Shown one piece after another: positions 53,801-63,300 of a DNA stretch of 64,000 nt (positions within the stretch are counted from its first letter, which is position 1; every line of letters starts with the position of its first letter). Both the position numbers and the translations under genes were made by a program. The notes under the pieces were generated by a model. The model was not told the origin of the DNA. It saw nothing but the letters and a program-made list of their open reading frames with translations, and ran no database searches. The stretch lies in contig OZ025679.1 in assembly GCA_964019335.1 (NCBI GenBank), positions 62,001 through 126,000 on the forward strand, written 5' to 3'. The DNA comes from Diplonema japonicum (lineage: Eukaryota > Protista > Euglenozoa: Diplonemea).

Positions 53801-55990
53801 CCCCCTGAGACGAGGGAGCCCACTGCAGAGCCAACCGGAAGCCCCTTGACGGCACAGCCAGCAACGGAACCGACCACAGAGCAGACGACTGCTCCCCGAA
53901 CGGAGGTGCCAGACACCCTTGCACCTGATACAAAAGCTCCTGACACCCTTGCACCCGATACAAAAGCTCCAGACACCCTTGCACCTGATACAAAAGCTCC
54001 TGACACAGCTGAGCCGACGAGGACCCCTTCACAGGCACCCACGACGGCAGTTCCGACAGCGCTCCCAACCGGGGTGCCGGGGGGGGCGAGGGAGAGGATC
54101 AGTGTGCAGGTTATCCTGGATGTGGTGTTCTCTGTTCTGGACGCAGCACGGCGGGGGGAGCTGGAAGAGTTCCTGTTGGGACACCTGCTGCGGTGGGTGG
54201 CGACACTGCAGAAGGTGAGGATCCTGTACGCCTGCGAGGCAGACCAGGCTGGAGAGCGTGTCGTGGCAACTTGTGTGGACTGGGATGGGGTGTGGAGCGG
54301 GAACGAAACAACCAGCGGAAGGACCGCGGCGATCACAGAAGGGGGCCTGACCTACGTGCACGTTCTTGGGGAAGTGGACGCTGTGGACCTCGAGGAGAGG
54401 AGGGAGGAGATGAAGGCGGCGACAGTGCCAGGAACAGATGTCGGAGATGGCTACATCATTGTGGAACCACGACAGCCTGTGGAGGTGACGCTGTGCGCGG
54501 AGGTGGTGTGCGACATCGAAGGACCGTGCAGGGGGAAGGGGGTGTGCGATGAGGGGACTGGGACGTGCTCCAGAGTTGCCCTGTCGGACGGGACCCTCTG
54601 CGACGACGGGAGCAGCTCCACAATGGAAGACAGGTGCAGCGGAGGGGTGTGCGTCAAGGCGAACGTACCTGGCTCCCGTTCGGACAACACAGTGCCTATA
54701 GTTATTGCGGTGTGCTGCTCGGTGTGCTGCTGCTGCTGCATCATTGCAGGGCTGCTGCTTTTCAGGAGACACGAAAAGAAAAAGAAGGAGATAGTTGAGG
54801 ACTTGAACCAATCAGATCCAGAGTACACTGTAGACGCTGCGAGAGATAGTGCCGCGAAATGTGAAGGCAGCGAAGGTCCTAAAACACTGCCCTTTGCAGC
54901 CTTGGTGAAGGAAAGACGCAGATCATCTGTGTTAAGCATGGCGCCACTTGCTGACTTGATGAAACGGGGCAGAAGTGCCACACCGCTATCCGACACGGTT
55001 AAGGAGGGTGACACGTTCGCAGACACGGTGAATGGGAGCACACCAGTATCCGGAGGTGGCGGTGCACCATTTGCAGACACCATGAAATGGGGAAATCGTG
55101 GAACGTCGCTTTCCCCACTGTCCCAACTTTCGGACACAGTGAAGTGGGGTGGTGGTGGTGCGCCCTTTGCAGACACCATGAGGTCTGTGCATGGGATGCC
55201 CTTTGCGGACACCGTGAGGTCCGTGCATGGGATGCCCTTTGCAGACACAGTGACACAGCTAAACTTTGACGAGACGGTGACGCAGTCTCCGTGGGCAGAG
55301 GAAGCTACCTTTCAAGAAACGGCAGATTACTCCACCACCCTGCCTTTGGAAGGCTCCCTCACGTTGCCTGATGACGGCGAGATGATGGAAGCGAGCACAG
55401 CAAACGTTGCAGACTTACGCAGATGGACGTCCACGGATGCGATCGGCCCCGAGCATGCTGTACTGGAGTTCAGCGACACCGAATATGCGATGCAGGAGGC
55501 AAGCGTGACAGAGCCTGGTGCCATGTGGACCAGCGGGTCTGTGACCGACCTGTCGGGAACAATCGGGAACGAAGGTGCCATGATGGAAGCAAGCGGGACT
55601 GAAGGCGATAAGTTACCACCCACAATGTTCCTTCCTGAGGGGACCATGATGGAGGCAAGCGGGACAGAGGGCGATGTGTTGCCGTCTACAACGTTCGGCG
55701 GTACCGAGGGAGCCATGATGGAAGCAAGCGAGACAGAGGGCGATATGTTACCGCCCACAACATTCCTTCCCGAAGGTGCCATGATGGAGGCAAGCGGGAC
55801 AGAGGGCGATATGTTGCCGTCTACAACGTTCCGTGCATTCTTGGAAGCCGGTGGTACCGAGGGAGCCATGATGGAGGCTAGCGCTAGCGGGACTGAAGGC
55901 GACGGTACTCGTGATCTGGCTTTGGACACAAATAGAACTGGGAAGGCGTTGCCAGAAGCTAGCAGCGAAGGCTCTGCGATGACAGGTTAG
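47801..55990 (+). CDS. Type-I surface protein, copy 2 (2729 aa) with ~1200-aa mucin stalk
   Basis: N-terminal ~2.4 kb nearly identical to copy 1; one Cys repeat; TM IVIAVCCSVCCCCCIIAGLLLF; tail with FADT and MMEAS repeats. Confidence 0.92.
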   Translation: MGEAAQDVRWSTAVAVFLTLCVGCSGDCSKWEDPKNSGPYPLWHYCKRRAGSGETLYPYMEASLRPAEVAPYDCRAEGRVLRHDAAGIICADYTLGDEYGGPCTTAQCCAEGLCSSYVCKGGGQLKAKAGEISCAYFPCNDHLCCEGPSGSPKEEARGLVFVDRDPGRFSFGGKGTLLRAADEADITHYRIYWGFAKTVRKVPSCGLKNPISWEQHKWTDEKRLFLELPVTGCDIDFEVPMGTVPWERCPIATDRKDKTTSANDPCNPHYLVAVSVNGKGERSFDGQAQQIGPRHPISDYEGEFGLPCAEGGVTYGHDLPGPDDVILGSWNGVESAARCAELCRGYSSKSKGPCRYWVWGYPTGGHTAKSCWMETQLLQKAHYGVRVAGPAVCPTRDGERPTGRERPRCDRWVRIPNTAAWKNPDTTAGRNAFFDKGGAFMQKPNLPDVPLGPYDNAEECQAMCDMDPLCVGFTWMKRDPTDTYFHKCFLIRVDDGTRASTDFYDLWLCSREGMAPLLSGYELLSHPFGYKTCGEGPPSSSEAASDHDCCAQKCNDNKPSCAAFTFRHTDKICELHSACSDASLRSHDKVEGCAYESCFQGYGLATYRRLVPTMQIVDRWPVVGGQGGVPAFVQTTHIPEGTDVHCVINKRGRNIPSSAANMLAVRHFTGKVSASDGVASMVLTHVTETWSVKAAESYVMRCAADDMAGFGLPAYVEHNFESEVPFGFVEIRARNGNTGYCRGPNNCLNGYIADTKKKPYSLEACRKISYGDSKSIAFLYRAHDGHCGIVTPKKGCTYMTHVQADDKVRCYNKKWDTVHSIGKGECTAECPGTCSWKRRLGAYERNLFLPAPAATCSLTTAEPTSAPQTPAPRTPAPKTPAPDTPAPKTSAPATPAPKTSAPNTEAPETPAPKTPAPDTAAPDTGAPDTRAPETTAPKSPAPDTRAPETPAPRTPAPDTLAPATSAPDTRAPETTAPKTPAPDTPAPKTSAPATPAPKTSAPNTEAPETPAPKTPAPDTAVPDTGAPDTRAPETTAPKSPAPDTRAPETPAPKTPAPDTPAPKTSAPATPAPKTSAPNTEAPETPAPKTPAPDTAAPDTGAPETPAPRTPAPDTSAPATSAPDTRAPETTAPKTPAPDTPAPKTSAPATPAPKTSAPNTEAPETPAPKTPAPDTAVPDTGAPDTRAPETTAPKSPAPDTRAPETPAPKTPAPDTPAPKTSAPATPAPKTSAPNTEAPETPAPKTPAPDTPAPKTSAPATPAPKTSAPNTEAPETPAPKTPAPDTAAPDTRAPETLAPRTPAPDTTAPDTLAPGTRAPETPAPITPAPDTRAPGTPAPKTPAPDTAAPDTRAPETPAPKTPAPDITAPDTRAPDTTAPDTRAPETPAPKTPAPNTAAPDTAAPDTRAPETPAPKTPAPDSAAPDTTAPDTQAPETPAPKTPAPDTAAPDTTAPDTQAPDTTAPDTREPETPAPKTPAPYTPAPDTAAPGTRAPETPAPKTPAPDTAAPDTRASDTTAPDTRAPETPAPKTPAPYTPAPDTAAPDTRAPETPAPKTPAPDSTAPDTPAPDTAAPDTRAPETLAPKTPLPSTPAPDTRAPETPAPKTPAPDTTTPDTRAPETLAPKTPAPDTPAPDTQAPDTPTPNTPDTAAPDTQAPETTAPDTTAPETLAPRTPAPRTPAPSTTAPDTPTPDTSAPETPAPKTPAPSTSAPDTPSPDTPAPETLAPKTPVPDTPAPDTQAPETFAPKTRAPDTPSPDTTAPDTLAPETPAPKTPSPSTRAPNTAAPDTQVPETTPAPKTSAPETSAPRTLAPKTQAPETTAPKTEAPETPAPHPSTSAPKTPTPRTPAPDTLAPGTPAPKTQAPRTQAPLTLSPTSVPSTPEPATSSPDTKPPETRAPDTKSPDTRTPDTLAPKTSAPDTQAPRSPAPKTPSPSTRAPKTSAPDTPAPHTMAPDTEAPETLVPDTEAPVTATPNTPATDPPDTAVPPAHTSPPETSVPDTKPPETREPTAEPTGSPLTAQPATEPTTEQTTAPRTEVPDTLAPDTKAPDTLAPDTKAPDTLAPDTKAPDTAEPTRTPSQAPTTAVPTALPTGVPGGARERISVQVILDVVFSVLDAARRGELEEFLLGHLLRWVATLQKVRILYACEADQAGERVVATCVDWDGVWSGNETTSGRTAAITEGGLTYVHVLGEVDAVDLEERREEMKAATVPGTDVGDGYIIVEPRQPVEVTLCAEVVCDIEGPCRGKGVCDEGTGTCSRVALSDGTLCDDGSSSTMEDRCSGGVCVKANVPGSRSDNTVPIVIAVCCSVCCCCCIIAGLLLFRRHEKKKKEIVEDLNQSDPEYTVDAARDSAAKCEGSEGPKTLPFAALVKERRRSSVLSMAPLADLMKRGRSATPLSDTVKEGDTFADTVNGSTPVSGGGGAPFADTMKWGNRGTSLSPLSQLSDTVKWGGGGAPFADTMRSVHGMPFADTVRSVHGMPFADTVTQLNFDETVTQSPWAEEATFQETADYSTTLPLEGSLTLPDDGEMMEASTANVADLRRWTSTDAIGPEHAVLEFSDTEYAMQEASVTEPGAMWTSGSVTDLSGTIGNEGAMMEASGTEGDKLPPTMFLPEGTMMEASGTEGDVLPSTTFGGTEGAMMEASETEGDMLPPTTFLPEGAMMEASGTEGDMLPSTTFRAFLEAGGTEGAMMEASASGTEGDGTRDLALDTNRTGKALPEASSEGSAMTG
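50395..54060 (+). repeat. 15-bp coding minisatellite (GCACCTGACACNNNN; T-x-A-P-x pentapeptide) with higher-order repeats
   Basis: Hundreds of pentapeptide units; a ~300-bp block recurs (50420 versus 50720). Confidence 0.95.
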
Positions 55991-56067
55991 TTGGGTATCT
56001 TGACAAAACTGATTTAACTTTTGCGGGGTGAAGACCTCAGAAAATTGCTATTTGCGCATATCGTCTC

Positions 56068-56098
<31 letters not shown>

Positions 56099-56659
56099 AA
56101 AGGTTCCTCGAACTCCTGGGTAGCCCCCTTTTTTAGAATTCTACGGTCTTTAGAAATACGAGGTGGTTTCCTTTTTTTTTTTTTTTTCCAACTGCAAAAC
56201 CCCTTAGTCTTTTGTCCTGGAAAAAAAAAAGGGTGGTCCATAATATTATTGTCCCCTCCCCCCCCATTTTTTTTAAAATCCAGTGAAGGTTTAAAAGGGA
56301 GGTGCAAACAAACTATGCCTCGGTTGGCCACCTGGGGTGAAAAGGTTTTTTTCTTCTTTTTTTTTCTTTTTGCCTGAAGTGGTGGTCGGTCAGTGGTTTT
56401 TAATTGCTTGGTTTCAAACCCCGTTGGTGGTCGGGTTAATCTTGGATACCTATGTTTATTATTTTTTTTTACCGGATTTGTATTTATATTGTTCAGTTTT
56501 AATAATGGTCTGGGTATTTAGTGTACTGTATAAATTATGTACCTTTTTCGGATTTTGGACCCAACTTGGGACTTTTTACAGAACAATACAAAAAACTATT
56601 TTTATTATTTTTTGGCCTGACCCCCCCCCCCCCCCCCCCCCCCCCCCAGGACAGGCCAC

Positions 56660-57540
56660 TAAAATCAAAGCCACGTTTGTGGTGTACAAGATCTACTTTT
56701 TGGTTTCCATTTTCAAAACAAGGTACGCGGACGCCCTGAAGGCCCAGATAAAGAAAGAGCGGAAAAGACACAGAAGAGAAGCCCTTCTTACTGCTGTTGG
56801 TCCGGCTTCTGTTCCCGTTAGTCCTGTTGCCGCGCAACCCCGTGGCCTCCCCTGCTGCCCCAACACCTTCACAGATTGCAAAATCAGCAATGCTAGAGGT
56901 TGACAAAAGGACAAAGATTATGCGTCCTTTTATTCTTGCCTGGGGTGTCGAGGCTTACCGCAAGCTAACAATCCGGGCAGGGTTCGCTTACCTTTTTAAC
57001 GATTTCCCACCCGGGTCTGCATCCGTGACCCCGCCCACTGAGGAAGTTCCTGCGCCCTCGCCTGGCCCTCCGCCCCCGCTTTCCGAGGTCGGGCTGGTTC
57101 GAGAAGCTGGGTGCAGATGCAGGAGTTGACCCGATGGAGATTGATCCATTGGAGCCATTGGGACTGTCAGTCGACCCGGAACCAGCACCCGAAGACCCGG
57201 ACATTGAGATCACTGAGATGTTCAGCAGGCTGGGCACCTCGACATAGAGGCCATTTCTGATGCGCCTTCTTCTGACGAAGAAGCAGAAGAAGAAGAAATG
57301 CCTGACCAAGAAGCTTCAGCCCCAAGCCAAGCAGCGGCACCAAGTGACCCCAAGCCAGCGAACGAACAACGTGACGAGGGTGCCCTGCCCCAACTGCAGC
57401 GCAACCCTCAAGCAGGTTAGAAAAGAGGCCAGTGTGGTAGTGCACGGAATGCTCTGGTGGGCATGACATGAGCACCCGCGGGAGGGTCTGCCCGTCCTGC
57501 GACTATGTGGTGTGCTTTACGTGTAGGACTGGGCAATAGT
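56660..57540 (+). pseudogene. Decayed ORF ending in a ZZ-like Cys-rich finger, between diverged direct repeats
   Basis: Frameshifted coding-like pieces; final frame reads W*CTEC...CPSCDYVVCFTC. Repeats at ~56490-56590 and ~57660-57745. Confidence 0.5.
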
Positions 57541-58074
57541 GAACTAGAATTGCGGTAATACCACCCCCTCCCCGGCTGGGGGGTATTTTGTTTTTGTCTT
57601 GGGATTTTTTATTTTTAGGGATATTTTCTGGGATTTCTTTTATTTTTGTGATTTTTATGTTCTGTTTTAATGGTGTTCTGTAAATATTATGTACCTTTTT
57701 CGAATTTTTTGCCCAATTTGGGACTTTTCACATAACAATATAAGTACAAATCCGGTAAAAAAAAATTATTTTATAACTCTCCTCCTTCAACCTCCTTCGA
57801 ATCGTCACAGCCGTGCTGAGGGCTGCGTTACACAGGCGGTGCCAACAAAGAAAAAAAATCAGATTTATTTTAGAAAGCCCTCTTTTTTTTTTACCCAATC
57901 GAGGTGAGTTGAAAAAGGGTTTTCTGGCACAAAAAAAAGAAAAAAAAGAAAAAAAGAACCCCTTCTTTTAATAGAGCGATAAGCGTGGGTGAACTGTTTA
58001 TACACTAATTTACTGTTTATAACCGTGCGCGCTGCATGCAAGAAGTCTTTTGTTGCAAGTTTGGGTTTAACAAC

Positions 58075-58649
58075 AAAAAAAATAACTATTTATTGCCAAC
58101 AAATAATGAGTCATTATTTAACTCGAGTTCCCGAATTTTTTGCACGAGGGCCCGCAGGGCCCGAGTGCAAAAAAACGGGTAACGAGTGTTAAATAATGGC
58201 TCATTTGGCGGCAAGTAAGTCGTTTTATTTCACTCTTCGTCATTTGAGTCACTCACTCTTCACTGCTTTCACTGCTGTTTTTTTTCACGCAGGTCAGCTT
58301 TTTGGGGATTTTCCTAAGGTAATACAGGGTAGCTATTTCGCCGTGGCATTTAAAGGGGAAGTAAGGCACTTATTCCCACTTTTAAGGGCTGGAATGGCCT
58401 CAGATGGCCAAAAATAGTCAAAATACCCCCACCCCAAAAAAATTTTTCAAGGGGTTGGGTGCATTTTTTTCCACGACAAGACCCATTTTTTCACTCTGAA
58501 GGGCCATTATTTAACTGCAAAATCTCATTATTTAACTAGTTAAATAATGGCGATTTCGCGTTAAATAATGGCCGTTTCGCGTTAAATAATGGCCATTTCG
58601 CGTTAAATAATGAGGCCCCTAGTGAGTGAAGAAAATGACGAAGAGTGAA

Positions 58650-58654
<5 letters not shown>
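58075..58654. mobile_element. Inverted copy of the 13637-14237 palindromic element
   Basis: Reverse-complement match with a few substitutions and a ~20-bp indel; sits between A runs. Confidence 0.85.
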
Positions 58655-58697
<43 letters not shown>

Positions 58698-59165
58698 CTT
58701 CCTCTTATTGGTTGACACAAAGCCTTGTTTCTGATAGTGCCTTGTCACCTAACAAAGAAGAGGAAGAGGAAGGGAGGAGATTAAGGGGAAAAAAAAAGAG
58801 AAAAAAAAAAAAAAAAACAGAATTTTTTCTGGAGCATGGGCGGTGTTCGGTGCTATCAGGCCAACACTGGCCTCCTTTATCTCTCATATTAATTTCTTCT
58901 TCTTTTTCTCTTGGGTCTTTTAATTATACCCTCTTTTTTTTTTTTCTTTTTTTCTTTCCCCTCACTCTCTTGAATCCTTTTGGCAAGCAGCAACAAAGAA
59001 ACCTTTTTTTCTTTCGTCCTTTTTTAAAAGGCGATCATTCATATTTCCATTTAAAAAAAAAAAAAAGAGAGGATAAAAAAAAATTAAATCTTAAATGTTC
59101 TGTATCCCCCCTTTCCCCTTGAAATAAGTAAAACAATTCTTTCTGAAGAATAATTGTTATATTAG

Positions 59166-59198
<33 letters not shown>

Positions 59199-59267
59199 AA
59201 GAAATTAAGACAAAAAAAAATCGTTCGTAAACTTTCAATCACAGTCACTTTTCTTTCATATAGTACC

Positions 59268-59298
<31 letters not shown>

Positions 59299-60357
59299 GG
59301 TTAACTATCTGATTTTCTTCAATTTTTATCGAACTTTTTTTTTGTTCTTTCTTCTTTTTTTTCTCTTTCCACTTCTCTATACTTCAAGACCCCCCCCCCC
59401 CCCCCCCCCCACCCCCATCGTCGCCTCCACAGCACAGATTGCTATCTGAGAATTGTGGGGGGGGGGGGGGGGGCAAGCAACAGAAAACAAGGAAAAAGAA
59501 AGAAGCGAAGGGAGGACTACCAGCCTCCCCCCCCCCCCCCAGCTAATGACTCTTCTAAGAGCATATAACTTAACACCTTTGCTTTCTACAAATTTGCTCT
59601 TGGTGACAAAGACATAAGTCATAGGGGAGAAAGACCCCCCCCCCCCCCCCCTCTCATTGCCCTATCCCCTTATCTAAAGGGGCATCACTTTATTAACTTT
59701 CCTCCAACCTCTGCACGAAGTTGTAACCTAAGCTTATTCAAAGCGATCTTAGCCTGGTAGCTAACACTGGGCAAATGAGGCAGGGGTTTGCTCCAAATAT
59801 CCCCCCCACCCTTCCTTAACAACTGTATTTCAAGCAGCCGCTACTTTTTTTTTTTTTTTTTTTTGCTTCCCGTCACTTTTCTTGATCAAGAAACCGTAAG
59901 AAAATCTATTAATAAAGAAAACCGAAATTTAACTTTTAAGAAAAAGAAAAAGAAAAGAAAAAAAAAGAGAGAGAATCACCAAGGGTAGTCCTTCGTTTCC
60001 CTTGTTAAGAATATCAATCAGATGCATCTTTAAGGTGAACACGAACAATCTAAAGTGTGCTGCCATGTCACCACTTACCCTTACCCATGTTGCCTTTTAC
60101 TTTTCGTTCCGTTCAATATTAGTATGCCTAACGAGTGGTGGTCATCTAAGAAGCACCTTGTCTTTAGAACATTAATAGCAACAGCCTCGAGCTCTGTATG
60201 CTTCGTGCTTCTCGATGCCATTCTTCCCTCGCCGCCACGGCTTGCCTACTCCTGTCGACCGATAAAACTCCCTTTCGCTTCATTACGTTCGTTCTTTTAT
60301 TATTCTCATTTTCCTATTGCCTGTCACATTTAGCACCCACACCACAGGCGGCATGCG

Positions 60358-63300
60358 ATGGGGGAAGCTGCACAAGATGTGAGGTGGAGCACAGCGGTGG
60401 CAGTCTTTTTGACGCTGTGCGTTGGGTGCTCGGGGGACTGCAGCAAGTGGAAGGACCCTAAGAACAACGGGCCGTACCCACTCTGGCACTACTGCAAGCG
60501 GCGAGCGGGATCCGGGGAGACGCTGTACCCTTACATGGAGGCTTCGCTGCGACCCGCGGAGGTGGCGCCGTACGACTGCAGGGCGGAGGGGAGGGTGCTT
60601 CGGCACGACGCGGCGGGGATCATCTGTGCGGACTACACGCTCGGGGACGAGTACGGGGGCCCTTGCACGACGGCGCAGTGCTGCGCGGAGGGGCTGTGCT
60701 CGAGCTATGTTTGCAAGGGAGGGGGTCAGCTGAAGGCGAAGGCGGGGGAGATCTCGTGCGCGTACTTTCCCTGCAACGACCACTTGTGCTGCGAGGGGCC
60801 ATCCGGGTCGCCGAAGGAGGAGGCGAGGGGGCTCGTGTTCGTGGATCGGAACCCCGGGCGGTTCTCCTTCGGGGGCAAGGGGACCCTCCTGCGGGCAGCG
60901 GACGAGGCGGACATCACGCACTACCGGATCTACTGGGGGTTCGCGAAGACTGTTCGGAAGGTTCCGTCTTGCGGGTTGAAGAACCCAATTTCGTGGGAGC
61001 AGCACAAGTGGACGGACGAGAAGCGGCTGTTCCTGGAGCTCCCGGTGACTGGGTGCGACATCGACTTCGAGGTGCCGATGGGGACGGTGCCGTGGGAGCG
61101 GTGCCCTATCGCAACGGATCGGAAGGACAAGACGACGTCGGCGAACGACCCGTGCAACCCGCACTACCTGGTGGCGGTGTCGGTGAATGGGAAGGGGGAG
61201 CGATCCTTCGACGGGCAGGCGCAGCAGATCGGGCCACGGCACCCGATCTCCGACTACGAGGGGGAGTTCGGGCTTCCGTGTGCGGAGGGAGGGGTGACCT
61301 ACGGGCACGACCTCCCGGGACCGGACGACGTGATCTTGGGGAGCTGGAACGGGGTGGAGTCGGCGGCGCGGTGTGCGGAGCTGTGTCGAGGCTACTCGTC
61401 GAAGTCGAAGGGTCCTTGTCGGTACTGGGTGTGGGGGTACCCGACAGGGGGCCACACGGCGAAGTCGTGCTGGATGGAGACGCAGCTCCTTCAGAAGGCG
61501 CACTACGGGGTGCGGGTGGCGGGACCGGCGGTGTGCCCGACGCGGGACGGGGAACGACCGACGGGGAGGGAGCGACCGCGGTGCGACCGCTGGGTCCGGA
61601 TCCCGAACACCGCCGCTTGGAAGAACCCGGACACGACAGCGGGGCGGAACGCCTTCTTCGACAAGGGCGGGGCCTTCATGCAGAAGCCGAACCTCCCGGA
61701 CGTCCCACTCGGACCCTACGACAACGCGGAGGAGTGCCAGGCCATGTGCGACATGGACCCGCTGTGCGTCGGCTTCACCTGGATGAAGCGCGACCCGACC
61801 GACACCTACTTCCACAAGTGTTTCTTGATCCGGGTGGACGACGGGACGCGAGCCTCCACCGACTTCTACGACCTGTGGCTCTGCTCCAGGGAGGGGATGG
61901 CCCCGCTCCTCTCCGGATACGAGCTCCTCTCCCACCCCTTCGGCTACAAGACCTGCGGGGAGGGACCCCCCTCATCGTCCGAGGCAGCCTCCGACCACGA
62001 CTGCTGCGCTCAAAAGTGCAACGACAACAAACCCTCCTGCGCCGCCTTCACCTTTCGACACACCGACAAGATCTGCGAGCTCCACTCCGCCTGCAGCGAC
62101 GCCTCCCTCCGCTCCCACGACAAGGTCGAGGGCTGTGCCTACGAGTCTTGCTTCCAAGGCTACGGGCTCGCGACCTACAGGCGGCTCGTCCCCACCATGC
62201 AGATCGTCGACAGGTGGCCTGTGGTCGGGGGGCAAGGGGGGGTCCCCGCCTTTGTCCAGACCACCCACATCCCTGAAGGGACCGACGTTCACTGTGTCAT
62301 CAACAAAAGGGGAAGGAACATCCCCTCTTCTGCGGCAAATATGCTCGCCGTCCGACACTTCACAGGGAAGGTCTCCGCCTCCGACGGGGTCGCCAGCATG
62401 GTCCTCACACACGTCACAGAGACCTGGTCCGTGAAGGCTGCGGAGAGCTACGTCATGCGCTGCGCCGCCGATGACATGGCTGGTTTCGGTCTCCCCGCCT
62501 ACGTCGAGCACAACTTTGAGTCAGAGGTGCCATTCGGCTTCGTGGAGATCAGGGCCCGGAACGGGAACACTGGGTACTGCAGGGGTCCGAACAACTGTTT
62601 GAATGGATACATTGCCGACACAAAGAAGAAGCCTTACTCCCTCGAGGCCTGCAGGAAGATTAGTTACGGTGATTCCAAGTCTATTGCTTTCCTTTACAGA
62701 GCTCATGACGGGCACTGTGGGATCGTCACACCGAAGAAGGGGTGTACGTACATGACTCATGTTCAAGCTGACGATAAAGTGAGGTGCTACAACAAGAAGT
62801 GGGACACGGTGCACTCGATTGGGAAAGGGGAATGCACTGCAGAATGTCCTGGGACCTGCAGCTGGAAGAGGCGGCTGGGAGCTTACGAACGCAACCTGTT
62901 CCTCCCCGCACCAGCAGCAACTTGTTCACTGACAACTGCTGAACCGACTTCTGCACCTCAGACACCAGCACCTCGCACCCCTGCTCCAAAAACACCGGCT
63001 CCTGACACGCCGGCCCCGAAAACTTCTGCACCTGCGACACCTGCTCCCAAAACCTCGGCACCAAATACAGAAGCACCTGAGACCCCTGCTCCAAAAACAC
63101 CAGCACCTGACACTGCAGCACCTGATACTGGAGCACCTGACACAAGAGCACCTGAAACCACTGCCCCTAAGTCCCCAGCACCTGACACAAGAGCACCTGA
63201 AACCCCTGCTCCAAGAACACCGGCACCTGATACTCTAGCACCTGATACTCTAGCACCTGCCACGTCGGCACCTGACACAAGGGCACCTGAAACCACTGCT

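Noticed and set aside
50401-54336. Long minus-strand GAGVSGA and RCC/QVL ORFs
   Set aside because: Antisense reading of the 15-bp mucin minisatellite.
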